Position numbers and translations under genes: made by a program. A DNA stretch of 64,000 bases, from the NCBI GenBank assembly GCA_963674735.2, contig CAXXQS010000002.1, positions 352,001 to 416,000 on the forward strand, given 5' to 3'. Below the pieces are notes generated by a model. The model saw nothing but the letters and a program-made list of their open reading frames with translations. It had not been told where the DNA came from and made no database searches. Source of the stretch: Myxococcota bacterium. Lineage in GTDB: Bacteria; Myxococcota_A; SURF-8. Of this stretch, positions 1 through 8,800 are shown piece after piece; positions within the stretch are counted from its first letter, which is position 1; every line of letters starts with the position of its first letter.

Positions 1-1
1 C

Positions 2-517
2 AAAATCCTGCGCCACGTAATCGAGCAGATAGGACTGGTAGAATTCCATGATCTGATCGCCGAGCACCGCGCCCAGCCGATAACCGCGCACATAGGCCGA
101 CCCCTTCAGACGCACCACCCGCAAGCCGTCCAGCGTCACGAGCGTCTCGTCGGGAACGACAATGATTTCGGCTTCCGTCTCGGCCTCGATTTCCGCTTCG
201 GTTTCGACTTCGGCTTCGGCCTCCGCTTCCAGCTCGGCTTCGCCGTCGCCGTCGGGCGCGTCGACTTCCGGGGCGTCTTCCTCATCAGCGCGTTCGACAT
301 CGGCCTCGGGCTCCGCGTCGACATCCATCTCCCCCAGCGCGTCATCGGCATCGGCATCGCCATCGCCATCCGTTTCGGCGGGGTTGTCCGCGACATCCAC
401 ATCGCCGCCCTCCACGATGGAGCACGGTTCATTGCTGTTTGCACAAGCCGCGAGCGCAAATACGAACCAGCAACAGACCGCGCAAAACCGGATTTCGACC
501 CCTGCACATAACGACAT
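2..517 (-). CDS. Lipoprotein with acidic DGD/EA linker, followed by a probable C45-family (Ntn hydrolase) peptidase N-terminus; runs off the left window edge
   Basis: Not in the ORF track. Manual translation from ATG 517 (GAGGA upstream): MSLCAGVEIRFCAVCCWFVFALAA|CANSNEPC...DGDGDADAD...EAEAEAEVETEAE...LRVVRLKGSAYVRGYRLGAVLGDQI. Lipobox LAAC; open to the edge. The 'V.L.G..Y..GY..G..L..I' pattern resembles C45 peptidases. Confidence 0.7.
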   Translation of the reverse strand, partial: MSLCAGVEIRFCAVCCWFVFALAACANSNEPCSIVEGGDVDVADNPAETDGDGDADADDALGEMDVDAEPEADVERADEEDAPEVDAPDGDGEAELEAEAEAEVETEAEIEAETEAEIIVVPDETLVTLDGLRVVRLKGSAYVRGYRLGAVLGDQIMEFYQSYLLDYVAQDF

Positions 518-635
518 GGTTCTTCCTCATTCAATCAATCGGTCATATGGCCCGGACTCTAGCAAACCCCCTTCAGCGAGTAAAGGCCAAAGGGAAGCGG
601 GTCAGGTTTTCACGCTCGCGCACCGGATGGACGCC

Positions 636-1940
636 TCAAGTCGAGGTAGAGTCCGGTGCTGTTTGGGTCGGATAAACGTCGTCGGTTTCGACACGATTGT
701 AGCCGTTGGCCTTGGCGTTGTAGAGCGCATTGGCGGCGCGCCCGAGCAGGGAATCCACCGTGCGCATTTCGGGACGCAACTCGGCCACGCCCAGCGAAAT
801 CGTCACCGGCGCGGAACGCGTGCCGTGTCGCACCGGTTCCAGGGCCACGGTGGCGCGCAGACGTTCGGCGATTTCGGCCGCCGTCGACAAGGATGTCTGC
901 GGAAGAATGACGGCCAGTTCCTGACCGCCGGTGCGTCCGGCCAGATCGTAGCTGCGGATCTGCGCGCGCAAGATATCGGCCACCCGTTTCAATACGACGT
1001 CCCCCAGCTTGCGCCCGAAGCGACCGTTGATCTCTTTGAAATGGTCGATATCCACCAAAACCAGCGAGATGGACGTCTGCAAACGCCGGGCGCGGTCCAT
1101 TTCCCGTTCGAGGTTCAACACCAGGGTGGGACGATTGGTGACGCCGGTAAGCGGATCGAGACTGGCGCGTCGCCGCATTTCCTCCTGCGCCCGGATGTAG
1201 CCGACCGTCGAGCGCCAGCCCACAAAATAAATCAGCGCCAGCATGGCCGCTAAAAACACGACTAAAATTACTACCCCGGAATACCGGCCGACCACGGTCG
1301 GGGGCTGCGGGGATTCGAACGGCAGCGAAAGCGACAGACCACCGATCAAGCTCGGATGCGCGCGTGAAGGTGCATGGCATCGAAGACAACGGGGGCTTTG
1401 CGGCAGCGGGTAGATGCTGCGCAGGTAGTCCCGGCCCTCGATGGTTTCCCGGCGTTGCACGACCCGTTTCCCGCTGTTGAGATCCTCCAGCGCTTCGCGC
1501 TCGACGAAGTCGGCCACATTGCGCGGGTTGATCGGATCGAGGGCGAAAAGCCGGAGGATCCCCGTCTTTTCGCGTTTCATGCGTTCGGCAAATTCGATCA
1601 GCAAGTGATGGGCAGGCAGATGTTCGAGACGCAAGCCCGTTTGCGTTTCCAGAAACGGCGGCAGCGTTGCGTCCGGGGAATCGTCGGTCGGAGGGAACCG
1701 ATACAAGCGACCGTCGTCCTGATCCAGAACCGGCAGGGCGGTCAAGTGGTCGAAATAAGCCTGCGAACGCTGCTCGGCCTGCAGCCGGCAACTATCGAGT
1801 TCCCGGAGATGGAAGGCGGTGAAGGCCAACAGAGAGAGCAGCAACACGGCCAAGGTGAACAAGGCATAAATCCCCCGGGCGCGCCTCAAACGTTGCTTGA
1901 GACGCGTCTCGGGGGTTTGATTCGGGGGAAAAGCCGTCAT
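636..1940 (-). CDS. Membrane sensor: periplasmic heme c (DUF3365/Tll0287-like) domain plus degenerate GGDEF domain
   Basis: Two TM helices flank a domain with CLRCH (CxxCH). C-terminal DPLTG...DIDHFK.IN...RSYD...GGQEL...ALY.AK..G.N. Confidence 0.85.
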   Translation of the reverse strand: MTAFPPNQTPETRLKQRLRRARGIYALFTLAVLLLSLLAFTAFHLRELDSCRLQAEQRSQAYFDHLTALPVLDQDDGRLYRFPPTDDSPDATLPPFLETQTGLRLEHLPAHHLLIEFAERMKREKTGILRLFALDPINPRNVADFVEREALEDLNSGKRVVQRRETIEGRDYLRSIYPLPQSPRCLRCHAPSRAHPSLIGGLSLSLPFESPQPPTVVGRYSGVVILVVFLAAMLALIYFVGWRSTVGYIRAQEEMRRRASLDPLTGVTNRPTLVLNLEREMDRARRLQTSISLVLVDIDHFKEINGRFGRKLGDVVLKRVADILRAQIRSYDLAGRTGGQELAVILPQTSLSTAAEIAERLRATVALEPVRHGTRSAPVTISLGVAELRPEMRTVDSLLGRAANALYNAKANGYNRVETDDVYPTQTAPDSTST

Positions 1941-1985
1941 GTTGCGCTTACCGGGTGCACGGCTGGGAAGGCCAAAGCCATGCTC

Positions 1986-2840
1986 CTAGAAGTTGTAGTT
2001 TTCGTTTTCCACGTCGAAATCGGCGTCGACCAGTCCGACGTTCACTTTGATGTCTTCGTAGCCGTAATCTTCCACCAAACGCATTTGACCATCTTCGAAG
2101 TTCCAGATCTGAACCTTGTTCGGGAGGTTCAAGGTTTTGTGCACGCAGATGTGCGCTTTCGAAGCGTAGTATTCGGGATGGGCTTTTTTATCCGTTTCCG
2201 CTTCGAAGCAATAACTGGGCGCGCCGAGAACGGTTTGTTCGCCCAGGAATTTCACCTTCGAGTTCCATTCGGGATGCGCGACGGACAACTCCACGTCTTT
2301 GGCGATCAGCTGGACGGTGTGGGGAAAACCCGCCTGCGTGATGGGGTGGCGGCTGTCTTTCATCGCCATCCAGTCGGTGGTTTTGAGGTTGACGGTGATG
2401 TCGGGGAACGAGCCTTTGTGGGCGCGCAGTTTGTTGGAATTCCAACCCAACTTCCAGATAACTTCCTGGTTGTGTTTATGCTCGCCGAGCCATTTCATGT
2501 AAACCGAGCGCGGCTTTTTGCGGAATTTCATAAACGCTTTTTCCAGCGGCAGGTCGCCACCCTTATATTCTTTCTTGTAAAAAACCGCCGTAAAGTCTTT
2601 CAGACGCGCCACCGCCGCCTTGCCCTTGCGGGTGAGATCGTAGGCTTTCTGCAGATCGGGAGACAACGCGGGTTTCTCGGCCGGTTTGGCGGCCGGTTCG
2701 GCTTTCACCGCCGCGACGTCTTTGGCGGCTTCTTTGCCCGCCTCTTTGACGACGGCTTTTGTCGGGGCCGCCTCTTGGGCCATCGCGATATTGGCCAGGG
2801 CGAACAGAACGATCATCATGAAAAGGCCGATCTTCCTCAT
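1986..2840 (-). CDS. Exported DUF1571-like (LolA-fold-like) protein
   Basis: Signal peptide (ANIAMA|Q), Ala/Lys linker, motif FTAVFYKKE...KFRKKPRSVYMKW and C-terminal EDYGYEDIKVNVGL.DADFD. Confidence 0.7.
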   Translation of the reverse strand: MRKIGLFMMIVLFALANIAMAQEAAPTKAVVKEAGKEAAKDVAAVKAEPAAKPAEKPALSPDLQKAYDLTRKGKAAVARLKDFTAVFYKKEYKGGDLPLEKAFMKFRKKPRSVYMKWLGEHKHNQEVIWKLGWNSNKLRAHKGSFPDITVNLKTTDWMAMKDSRHPITQAGFPHTVQLIAKDVELSVAHPEWNSKVKFLGEQTVLGAPSYCFEAETDKKAHPEYYASKAHICVHKTLNLPNKVQIWNFEDGQMRLVEDYGYEDIKVNVGLVDADFDVENENYNF

Positions 2841-3008
2841 TCCTTACTCCTTTCAGGCTTCCATCCGGGCATTTTGTCATGTCATGCGATTAGGCAGGCT
2901 GTATGCGCTGCAGATAACGAAAACCCTAGCATATATCCGGGGATATCGCCAAATCAAATCAGGACGGAATGATGATGAGCAGGATCGTTTCGGCGGGCGG
3001 GCGGGCGG

Positions 3009-3548
3009 TCAATCCTCTTCGTAGTACTCGGGATAATGGCGTTTCGCGCAATCGGGACACATGCCGTGGCTGAAATCGGCTTCGGAATGCTCGGAAATGT
3101 ACACTTCCAGTTGTTCCCAGGCGCCCGTATCATTGCTAATTTTCTTGCAACTCGAGCAGATAGGCAAGATGCCTTTCAAACGCTGAATTTCAAGTTGGGA
3201 GCGATGATAGCGATGATAGGTTTCGGCCAAGTGGCCGTAAGCGCGTTTATATCTGGATGTCTGGCGAATGATCACGATCATCAGGGCGAAACCCAGCGTC
3301 AGAGCGGCGATGATAAATTCGTCCAACTCCAGATGCTCATGTTCCCGAGACAACATGACCAGTTTTTCGAGCAGATCGAAGTGTGTGGAAAGGATAAAGG
3401 CAAGGACTGTCGGCAGAATTAAAAACAAGATCGCCAGGCCGGGGTCGGGACGCAGGTTTTCGATCGTTGGATCAGGCTGCGCCGCTGATGAAGGCTTTGC
3501 AACCGCCAACCGGCTCGAATGCTTGTGCGGATTATCGGAGAGAGTCAT
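3009..3548 (-). CDS. Two-TM protein with C-terminal Cys/His putative metal-binding domain
   Basis: AAGGAGG RBS. TM segments, a coiled coil, then LKGILPICSSCKKI...WEQLEVYI..HS.A.FSHGMCPDC, a domain common at the C-terminus of deltaproteobacterial sensory proteins. Confidence 0.8.
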   Translation of the reverse strand: MTLSDNPHKHSSRLAVAKPSSAAQPDPTIENLRPDPGLAILFLILPTVLAFILSTHFDLLEKLVMLSREHEHLELDEFIIAALTLGFALMIVIIRQTSRYKRAYGHLAETYHRYHRSQLEIQRLKGILPICSSCKKISNDTGAWEQLEVYISEHSEADFSHGMCPDCAKRHYPEYYEED

Positions 3549-3700
3549 TCAGGCCTCCTTTGAGGATGGCTCCCAGCTGAGCATCTCCATGACAAGCCAT
3601 CTTGCCGCTATTTCAGATACCCGCTCTATATATCAATCGTCATTTTTTCCCCAAATTTCACTGTTTTTCAAATGATTGCCCTTATTTCGGATAGGATTGC

Positions 3701-4396
3701 TCAGAATCCGATGCGTTGCGGCGTGAAGTCGGTCAAGGTGTCGGGATCGCTCAGATTCTGTTCCAATGCGGCTTCGAGCGCCTGAATCAGGCGGTCATCT
3801 TCGGGTTTTACCTTGGGATGGAAGGCGGCGAAGACATTCCCGCGGCGATCCACCAGGTATTTCTGGAAGTTCCATTTGACTTTCCCCGCCACCGGGCTGT
3901 TTTTCGTCAGGTAGGTATAAAGCGGCGACTGATCGGAGCCTTTGACCGACAGTTTGGAGAACAGGGGGAAAGTCACCTTGTATTTGCCGGTGCAGAAAGC
4001 GGCGATTTCGCCGTCGGTCCCGGGTTCCTGCCATAGAAAATTATTGGCGGGAAAGCCCAACACCTCGAAGCCCTGTTCGCGATATTTTTCGTAAATACGC
4101 TGCAAACCGGCATATTGCGGCGTGTAGCCGCACTTGCTGGCCGTGTTGACGATCAGCATCACCTTGCCCTTGTAGGCCGAAAGCGCCTGCGGTTTCTGGT
4201 CGATGCGCGTCAGCGTGAATCCGTAGATCGGACTGTCCGCGACAGGCTTTTCCACCGGGATCACTTGCGCCTTGGTCGGGGCGGGCGGGACCGTTTTCGC
4301 AGCGGGCTCCGGGATCGGTTCGGCGGCGGATAGCCAGGCGGTTATAGCGGCGGTAGCCATGACCAGAAACAGGATCATCAGATTCGGGCGCGGCAT
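3701..4396 (-). CDS. Glutathione peroxidase-family (Cys-type, probably thioredoxin-dependent) peroxidase with signal peptide
   Basis: VNTASKCGYTPQY, GFPANNF.WQEPG and KWNFQKYLVD motifs. The active-site codon is TGC (Cys, not Sec). GGAGG RBS. Confidence 0.92.
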   Translation of the reverse strand: MPRPNLMILFLVMATAAITAWLSAAEPIPEPAAKTVPPAPTKAQVIPVEKPVADSPIYGFTLTRIDQKPQALSAYKGKVMLIVNTASKCGYTPQYAGLQRIYEKYREQGFEVLGFPANNFLWQEPGTDGEIAAFCTGKYKVTFPLFSKLSVKGSDQSPLYTYLTKNSPVAGKVKWNFQKYLVDRRGNVFAAFHPKVKPEDDRLIQALEAALEQNLSDPDTLTDFTPQRIGF

Positions 4397-5266
4397 CGTT
4401 TTATCCTCCCGGTTTATGGAATCCTTATCTATTCAGTGATGCTACTCGAAGAGGAGGCATTCCGGAAATCTTTTTCACGGCGGGTGTTTGGGATGAACCA
4501 ACCTGGGGGAAAGATGGGACGGATTTAGTTCGCGAAGCCGAATTTTATCGAGGTCTCCCCCATGTTGGAGCGTCGGGTGCCACGGGCCAAGCGAATGAAA
4601 TGGAGCTTGCCCGTGTTCGAAGATTATGCACATGGGCAAGCTGTGCTTCGCCCATGCCACCCCATTGATACATCGTTCAGCCCTGGTCGGGCAAATTGTG
4701 CCCGACAATTCATGTGTTGGACAGAAAATCCCCAAGTTGAAGCGCGTCTCCCGACGGGCTCCAACCTCCCCGTTGGTCAGGTCAAGCAGGAGCATGGCTC
4801 TGTCATGCTCCGCGCGGTTGTCTTGCTTTTTCATCATGGTTCCACAACCAGCCCGTCTTCGCCTGTGACGAATCCACCCCTCCTTGGAAAGGAAAAATCA
4901 CCGAAAAGCGATTTTTCGCCACCGGAAAGCATTGAATCAATCATGCTCCATCGACCTGAAAACGGCCCATTTCGGCCCGTTTTCGCCGTTTTCAAATGCA
5001 TTTGTTGAAATCACTGCGTTTTTCGGCGTGAAATCGGGGGGTCGGGTCGATTTCCTACCAACTTTCCGGGTTTGCCCTAATACGTCACACCTGATCGGGG
5101 GTGACATTAGCCGGAAGCCTGCTCGCCGTCGCCTCGGATGCCATCCCGCACAGGCTTGTTTATCTAAAATCATCCATTATTACAGCTAGATAGGCGGTCT
5201 AACCTAAATTCGGCGGAAGCGGAGATCCCTGTGACAGACCGGGCGCAAAGCATCTTATTAGACCTT

Positions 5267-5322
5267 TAGTATAGTATATTTAATATATTATACTAGAAAT
5301 ATTTAAAGGGAGCACTTTAAAT
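5267..5322. promoter_or_regulatory. AT-rich palindromes, putative operator sites
   Basis: TAGTATAGTATATT-T-AATATATTATACTA (5267-5295, 13 of 14 pairs) followed by ATTTAAAG-N6-CTTTAAAT (5301-5322), in the divergent intergenic region. Confidence 0.45.
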
Positions 5323-5656
5323 TCGTTGATATCATTGGCTTTTTTCTACTTTCCCCTTTCAGCATCGAAATAGCGGACAAAAACGGCAGGGAAACCGGAC
5401 TTTTCTCGTGTAAATACATGGGGTTGGAGTCGTCAAGGGCGCGTCGTGAGGGAACGAACGACCGCACCCGACTCGAAACGAGCGCGGGAAACGACGTGCA
5501 TCAGAATGAATACATCTGCGCTTCGTGCGAGAAATTCCGGCAAACGGCCGCTTCGACGTTTTGGAAAAACCTTCACGACAATTTCATGGCGTGGGCGCAA
5601 CGATGTGCTAAACTCCGGCGGAATGAGAAACGGATGAGCATGAGCGAGGTGATTCG

Positions 5657-8107
5657 ATGAAACAAACACGCTGGCTGGCGCTTTTTTTGATCTGGGCCTT
5701 GATTTTAACGGGATGCGCCTCGAACGATTCCCCGGAAACCAGAGACGATGATGACCCCGATGGTGACGCCAGCGACGGCGACGGCGAAAACCCGGACGGC
5801 GATGAGCCCGACGGCGACACGCCCGACGGCGATAACGATACCGATGGCGATACCGACGGCGACGAGTCGGAGCCGCTTGAGCTGCCCTACGTTCCGCCCG
5901 CGATGGAAAACCCCATGGTGGACACGATTTATCTACAAGAATACAATCACACCACCAACGAAATCGAGCCGGGTGTGGGCGAATTGGTGGCGGTGGTTCT
6001 GCCGCCGGCCGCGTTCACCGATCTGGATTCGCCCTTGTGGGTCACGCCGCGGGGCGTCGTCGATCACGACACGAACGGAGCCCTGACCAGCTTCGAGATT
6101 CCCAGCGAACACGCCGATCTGATCGCCGCCGCCGTCAGCGGCGATGCCATCCTGCTCGCCTCGCCCGACTCGCTTTACGGCCTGCAAAACGACGGCTCGC
6201 TGCATCCGATCGCGGCTCCCGAATCGCTGACGATTCTCGGGTTGGCCAACGGGCCCGACCGCATTTTCGTCCTGACCGATCAGGGCATTCTCGATGTCAC
6301 ACCCGGCAAAGCTTTCGACTGGATCCCGCGCTGGCCGGACATGACGGCCGTTACGAGCAGCGCCGCTGGAACGGTTGTGGCCAATGCGAACGGCCTTTAC
6401 GTGTATCCGTCATTATCCACGCGCACCGAAACGCCGTCCGTCACGTTCGAGCCCGCCGATGGTCTGGGCGTGGGCGCGCTCAAAGCCCTGGTGGCCGACG
6501 TCTCGCTGCCCGACGCCTACGATGTGATCCTGATCGGCGAAGACGGCCTGCGCGCCGTCCGCATCGACGACGCCACCGACGCCGTGACGCTCGTCGACCC
6601 GCCCGAGTTCGCCGCCGACCGCGTCCCGTTGTTAAATCCGCGCCTCGCCGCCCGCGCCTCCGACGGCGGCTTCGTCGTCATCACGGCCGAAAGCGCGTAC
6701 CGCCTCATGGAGCGCGGCAGCGGACCCGAATGGCGCGTGTACAACTACGAACGCTGGCTGCCCTCGGACGACCTGCGCGGCCTGGCCCTGACCGATTCGA
6801 TCCCCGACAGCCCGCTGTACTTCGCCACGGCGGCGGGACCGGCCACGGTGACCGCCCGGCGCATCACCCTGGAAGAAAAATTCGACCATTTCATCCAACG
6901 AATCGTCGATCGGCACGACCGTGACGGCGCGGTGGCCGACTCGCGTCTGAGCGTGCGCGGCGATCTGGCCAGCAGCGTCTCCTACGACTCCGACAACGAC
7001 GGCGGCTGGACCTGCTACTGGGTTTTGTCGGAGTGCTTCCGCTACCAGGTCACCGGCGATGCCGAGGCCAAGGCGCATTTCGACAAATCGCTGGAGCGCA
7101 TGCTGAGCCTGCAAACGCTCACCGGCACCGATCATTTTCTGGCCCGGTCCGTCATCCGCAAAGACGGCTGCCAGCTCGACGACTGCGACGGTCCGGACGA
7201 CGGCGAATGGTTCACCAGCCCCGACGGCGAATGGTGGGTCAAGGGCGACACCAGTAACGACGAAGTCACCTCGCACATGTTCATGATGGCGCACGCCTAC
7301 GACCTCTGCGCCGACGCCGACCAGCAGGCGGCCATCCGTCAGCACGTCTCCCGGATTATCGGCGGTATCATCGACAACGGCTATCAGCTAAACGACATCG
7401 ACGGCGAATGCACGACTTACGGCCAATTCGATCCGTTTTACGTCAACGAATGGGTGGAAGGCGCGTTCGGCGACGGCGGCCGTCGCAGCGCCCAGATTCT
7501 CGCGGCGCTCAGCCTGGCCTATTACATGACCGGCGACGAAAAATTCATGGACGCCAAACGCTACCTGATGGACGAGCACCATTACGGCGACAACGTGGTG
7601 CGCGAAAGCGAATACCAGTACCGAAAGGGATCCGGCGACGGCGACGAGCTGGGTACCCAGGCCTTTTTCGTGCTGCTGCGCTACGAATCCGACCCGGAGT
7701 TGCGCGCCAAGTGGCTCGAAGGCTGGCGACGCAGCTACGGCAATACGCGCCTACAGCAGGCGGCGCTGTGGGACATGGTCAACGCCGTTTTGGGCGGCGA
7801 CGATCCGCAGTTGGAAAACGCCATGCGCTGGTTCCAACTCACGCCCATGGACATGATCCGCTGGAATCTGCACAACGAGCACCGGCAAGATCTCGTCACC
7901 CCACCCGCGTTTTACGAGGACAACGGCGCGACGCGCTCGGACGGCTACATCGTCCCCTACGACGAACGTCGCACGGAACGCTGGAACACCGATCAGTACA
8001 ACGTCGAGGGCGGCATGGGCGGCTGGCGCGAGATGGACGGCGCGGACGCCTTGATGCCTTACTGGCTGGGCCGCTACTACGGCTTCATCGTGCCGGAAGA
8101 AAAATAA
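5657..8107 (+). CDS. Large lipoprotein: DGD-repeat linker, beta-propeller-like region, C-terminal helical (alpha/alpha-barrel-like) putative hydrolase domain
   Basis: GAGG RBS; lipobox LTG|C; DPDGDASDGDGENPDGDEPDGDTPDGD. Conserved-looking motifs SDNDGGWT, FRYQVTG, WWVKGDTSNDE, LMPYWLGRYYGFI. Confidence 0.85.
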   Translation: MKQTRWLALFLIWALILTGCASNDSPETRDDDDPDGDASDGDGENPDGDEPDGDTPDGDNDTDGDTDGDESEPLELPYVPPAMENPMVDTIYLQEYNHTTNEIEPGVGELVAVVLPPAAFTDLDSPLWVTPRGVVDHDTNGALTSFEIPSEHADLIAAAVSGDAILLASPDSLYGLQNDGSLHPIAAPESLTILGLANGPDRIFVLTDQGILDVTPGKAFDWIPRWPDMTAVTSSAAGTVVANANGLYVYPSLSTRTETPSVTFEPADGLGVGALKALVADVSLPDAYDVILIGEDGLRAVRIDDATDAVTLVDPPEFAADRVPLLNPRLAARASDGGFVVITAESAYRLMERGSGPEWRVYNYERWLPSDDLRGLALTDSIPDSPLYFATAAGPATVTARRITLEEKFDHFIQRIVDRHDRDGAVADSRLSVRGDLASSVSYDSDNDGGWTCYWVLSECFRYQVTGDAEAKAHFDKSLERMLSLQTLTGTDHFLARSVIRKDGCQLDDCDGPDDGEWFTSPDGEWWVKGDTSNDEVTSHMFMMAHAYDLCADADQQAAIRQHVSRIIGGIIDNGYQLNDIDGECTTYGQFDPFYVNEWVEGAFGDGGRRSAQILAALSLAYYMTGDEKFMDAKRYLMDEHHYGDNVVRESEYQYRKGSGDGDELGTQAFFVLLRYESDPELRAKWLEGWRRSYGNTRLQQAALWDMVNAVLGGDDPQLENAMRWFQLTPMDMIRWNLHNEHRQDLVTPPAFYEDNGATRSDGYIVPYDERRTERWNTDQYNVEGGMGGWREMDGADALMPYWLGRYYGFIVPEEK

Positions 8108-8127
8108 CCGGGGATAAGAAGCGGAAT

Positions 8128-8787
8128 TTAAGCAGACGCCTGTCGGGCCGCCCGGATAAACGCCGCCGCTTTTTTTTCGTCAAGGAGCCCGTCCGTTCGG
8201 ACACCCGAGCAGACATCCACCCCGTAGGGGCGAACAGCTCGGACGGCCTCGGCCACATTGTGGGGATTCAGGCCTCCCGCCAGAAAAACCGGAACGTCTA
8301 CGGATTCTCGGATACGGCGGCTGATCGTCCAATCATGGATGCGGCCGGTCCCGCCCAATTCCTTGACGGCCTTGTCCGGCTTGCCCGAGTCGAGCAGAAT
8401 GGCCCGCACCTGCGGGGCGACAGCCTGTGCTTCTGCAACTGACTCTTCCCCATCGACATGAATCACCTGCACCAGGGTGATTCCCGGCAAAGCCGCACGC
8501 AACTCTCGATACGAACCGTCTTCCAATCGGTCGCAGAGCTGGATCACCGAACTGCGGCAGCGCCGTTGCTGAGCGATGATTTCCGAAGCGGATTGAAGGC
8601 TTGTCAGCAGAAAGCTGGAAACGCCGGGCGGAACCCCGTCGGCAATCTCCCGAATGGCGGTTTCGGATATGACGCCCGGCCCGCTGGGCATGGCCGAAAC
8701 GAGACCCACCGCCGAAACCCCCAGCCGAACGGCCAAAGCCGCTTCGGCGGGGGAGGAAATGCAGCAGATTTTGACCCGAACGCACAT
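8128..8787 (-). CDS. trpF: Phosphoribosylanthranilate isomerase (stand-alone)
   Basis: Start reassigned to ATG 8787 (MCVRVKICCIS). Motifs IQL, LLDSG...LGGTG..HDW, FLAGGLNPHNV and GVDVCSGV. Confidence 0.85.
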   Translation of the reverse strand: MCVRVKICCISSPAEAALAVRLGVSAVGLVSAMPSGPGVISETAIREIADGVPPGVSSFLLTSLQSASEIIAQQRRCRSSVIQLCDRLEDGSYRELRAALPGITLVQVIHVDGEESVAEAQAVAPQVRAILLDSGKPDKAVKELGGTGRIHDWTISRRIRESVDVPVFLAGGLNPHNVAEAVRAVRPYGVDVCSGVRTDGLLDEKKAAAFIRAARQASA

Positions 8788-8800
8788 CCGAACGGCTCGC

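Noticed and set aside
162-1253. Ser/Ala-rich 363-aa ORF on the plus strand
   Set aside because: It is the antisense shadow of the acidic lipoprotein and the GGDEF gene. The same applies to most long overlapping ORFs in the track (e.g. 1374-2972, 20244-21572, 21579-23213, 46971-48437).
3701-4396. Selenocysteine peroxidase
   Set aside because: The active-site codon is TGC and there is no in-frame TGA.
5196-5264. Integron attC site or c-di-GMP riboswitch
   Set aside because: The left end fits RYYYAAC, but the right end is ATTAGAC rather than GTTRRRY, the interior is not palindromic and there is no integrase. Only a GCAAAG fragment resembles the riboswitch.
5267-5298. dif (XerCD) site
   Set aside because: Does not fit the 11-6-11 layout with ATAA/TTAT inner ends.
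8128-8787. Orphan trpF as a novel pathway gene
   Set aside because: Stand-alone trpF copies are common, and nothing in the sequence links it functionally to the upstream lipase-like gene.
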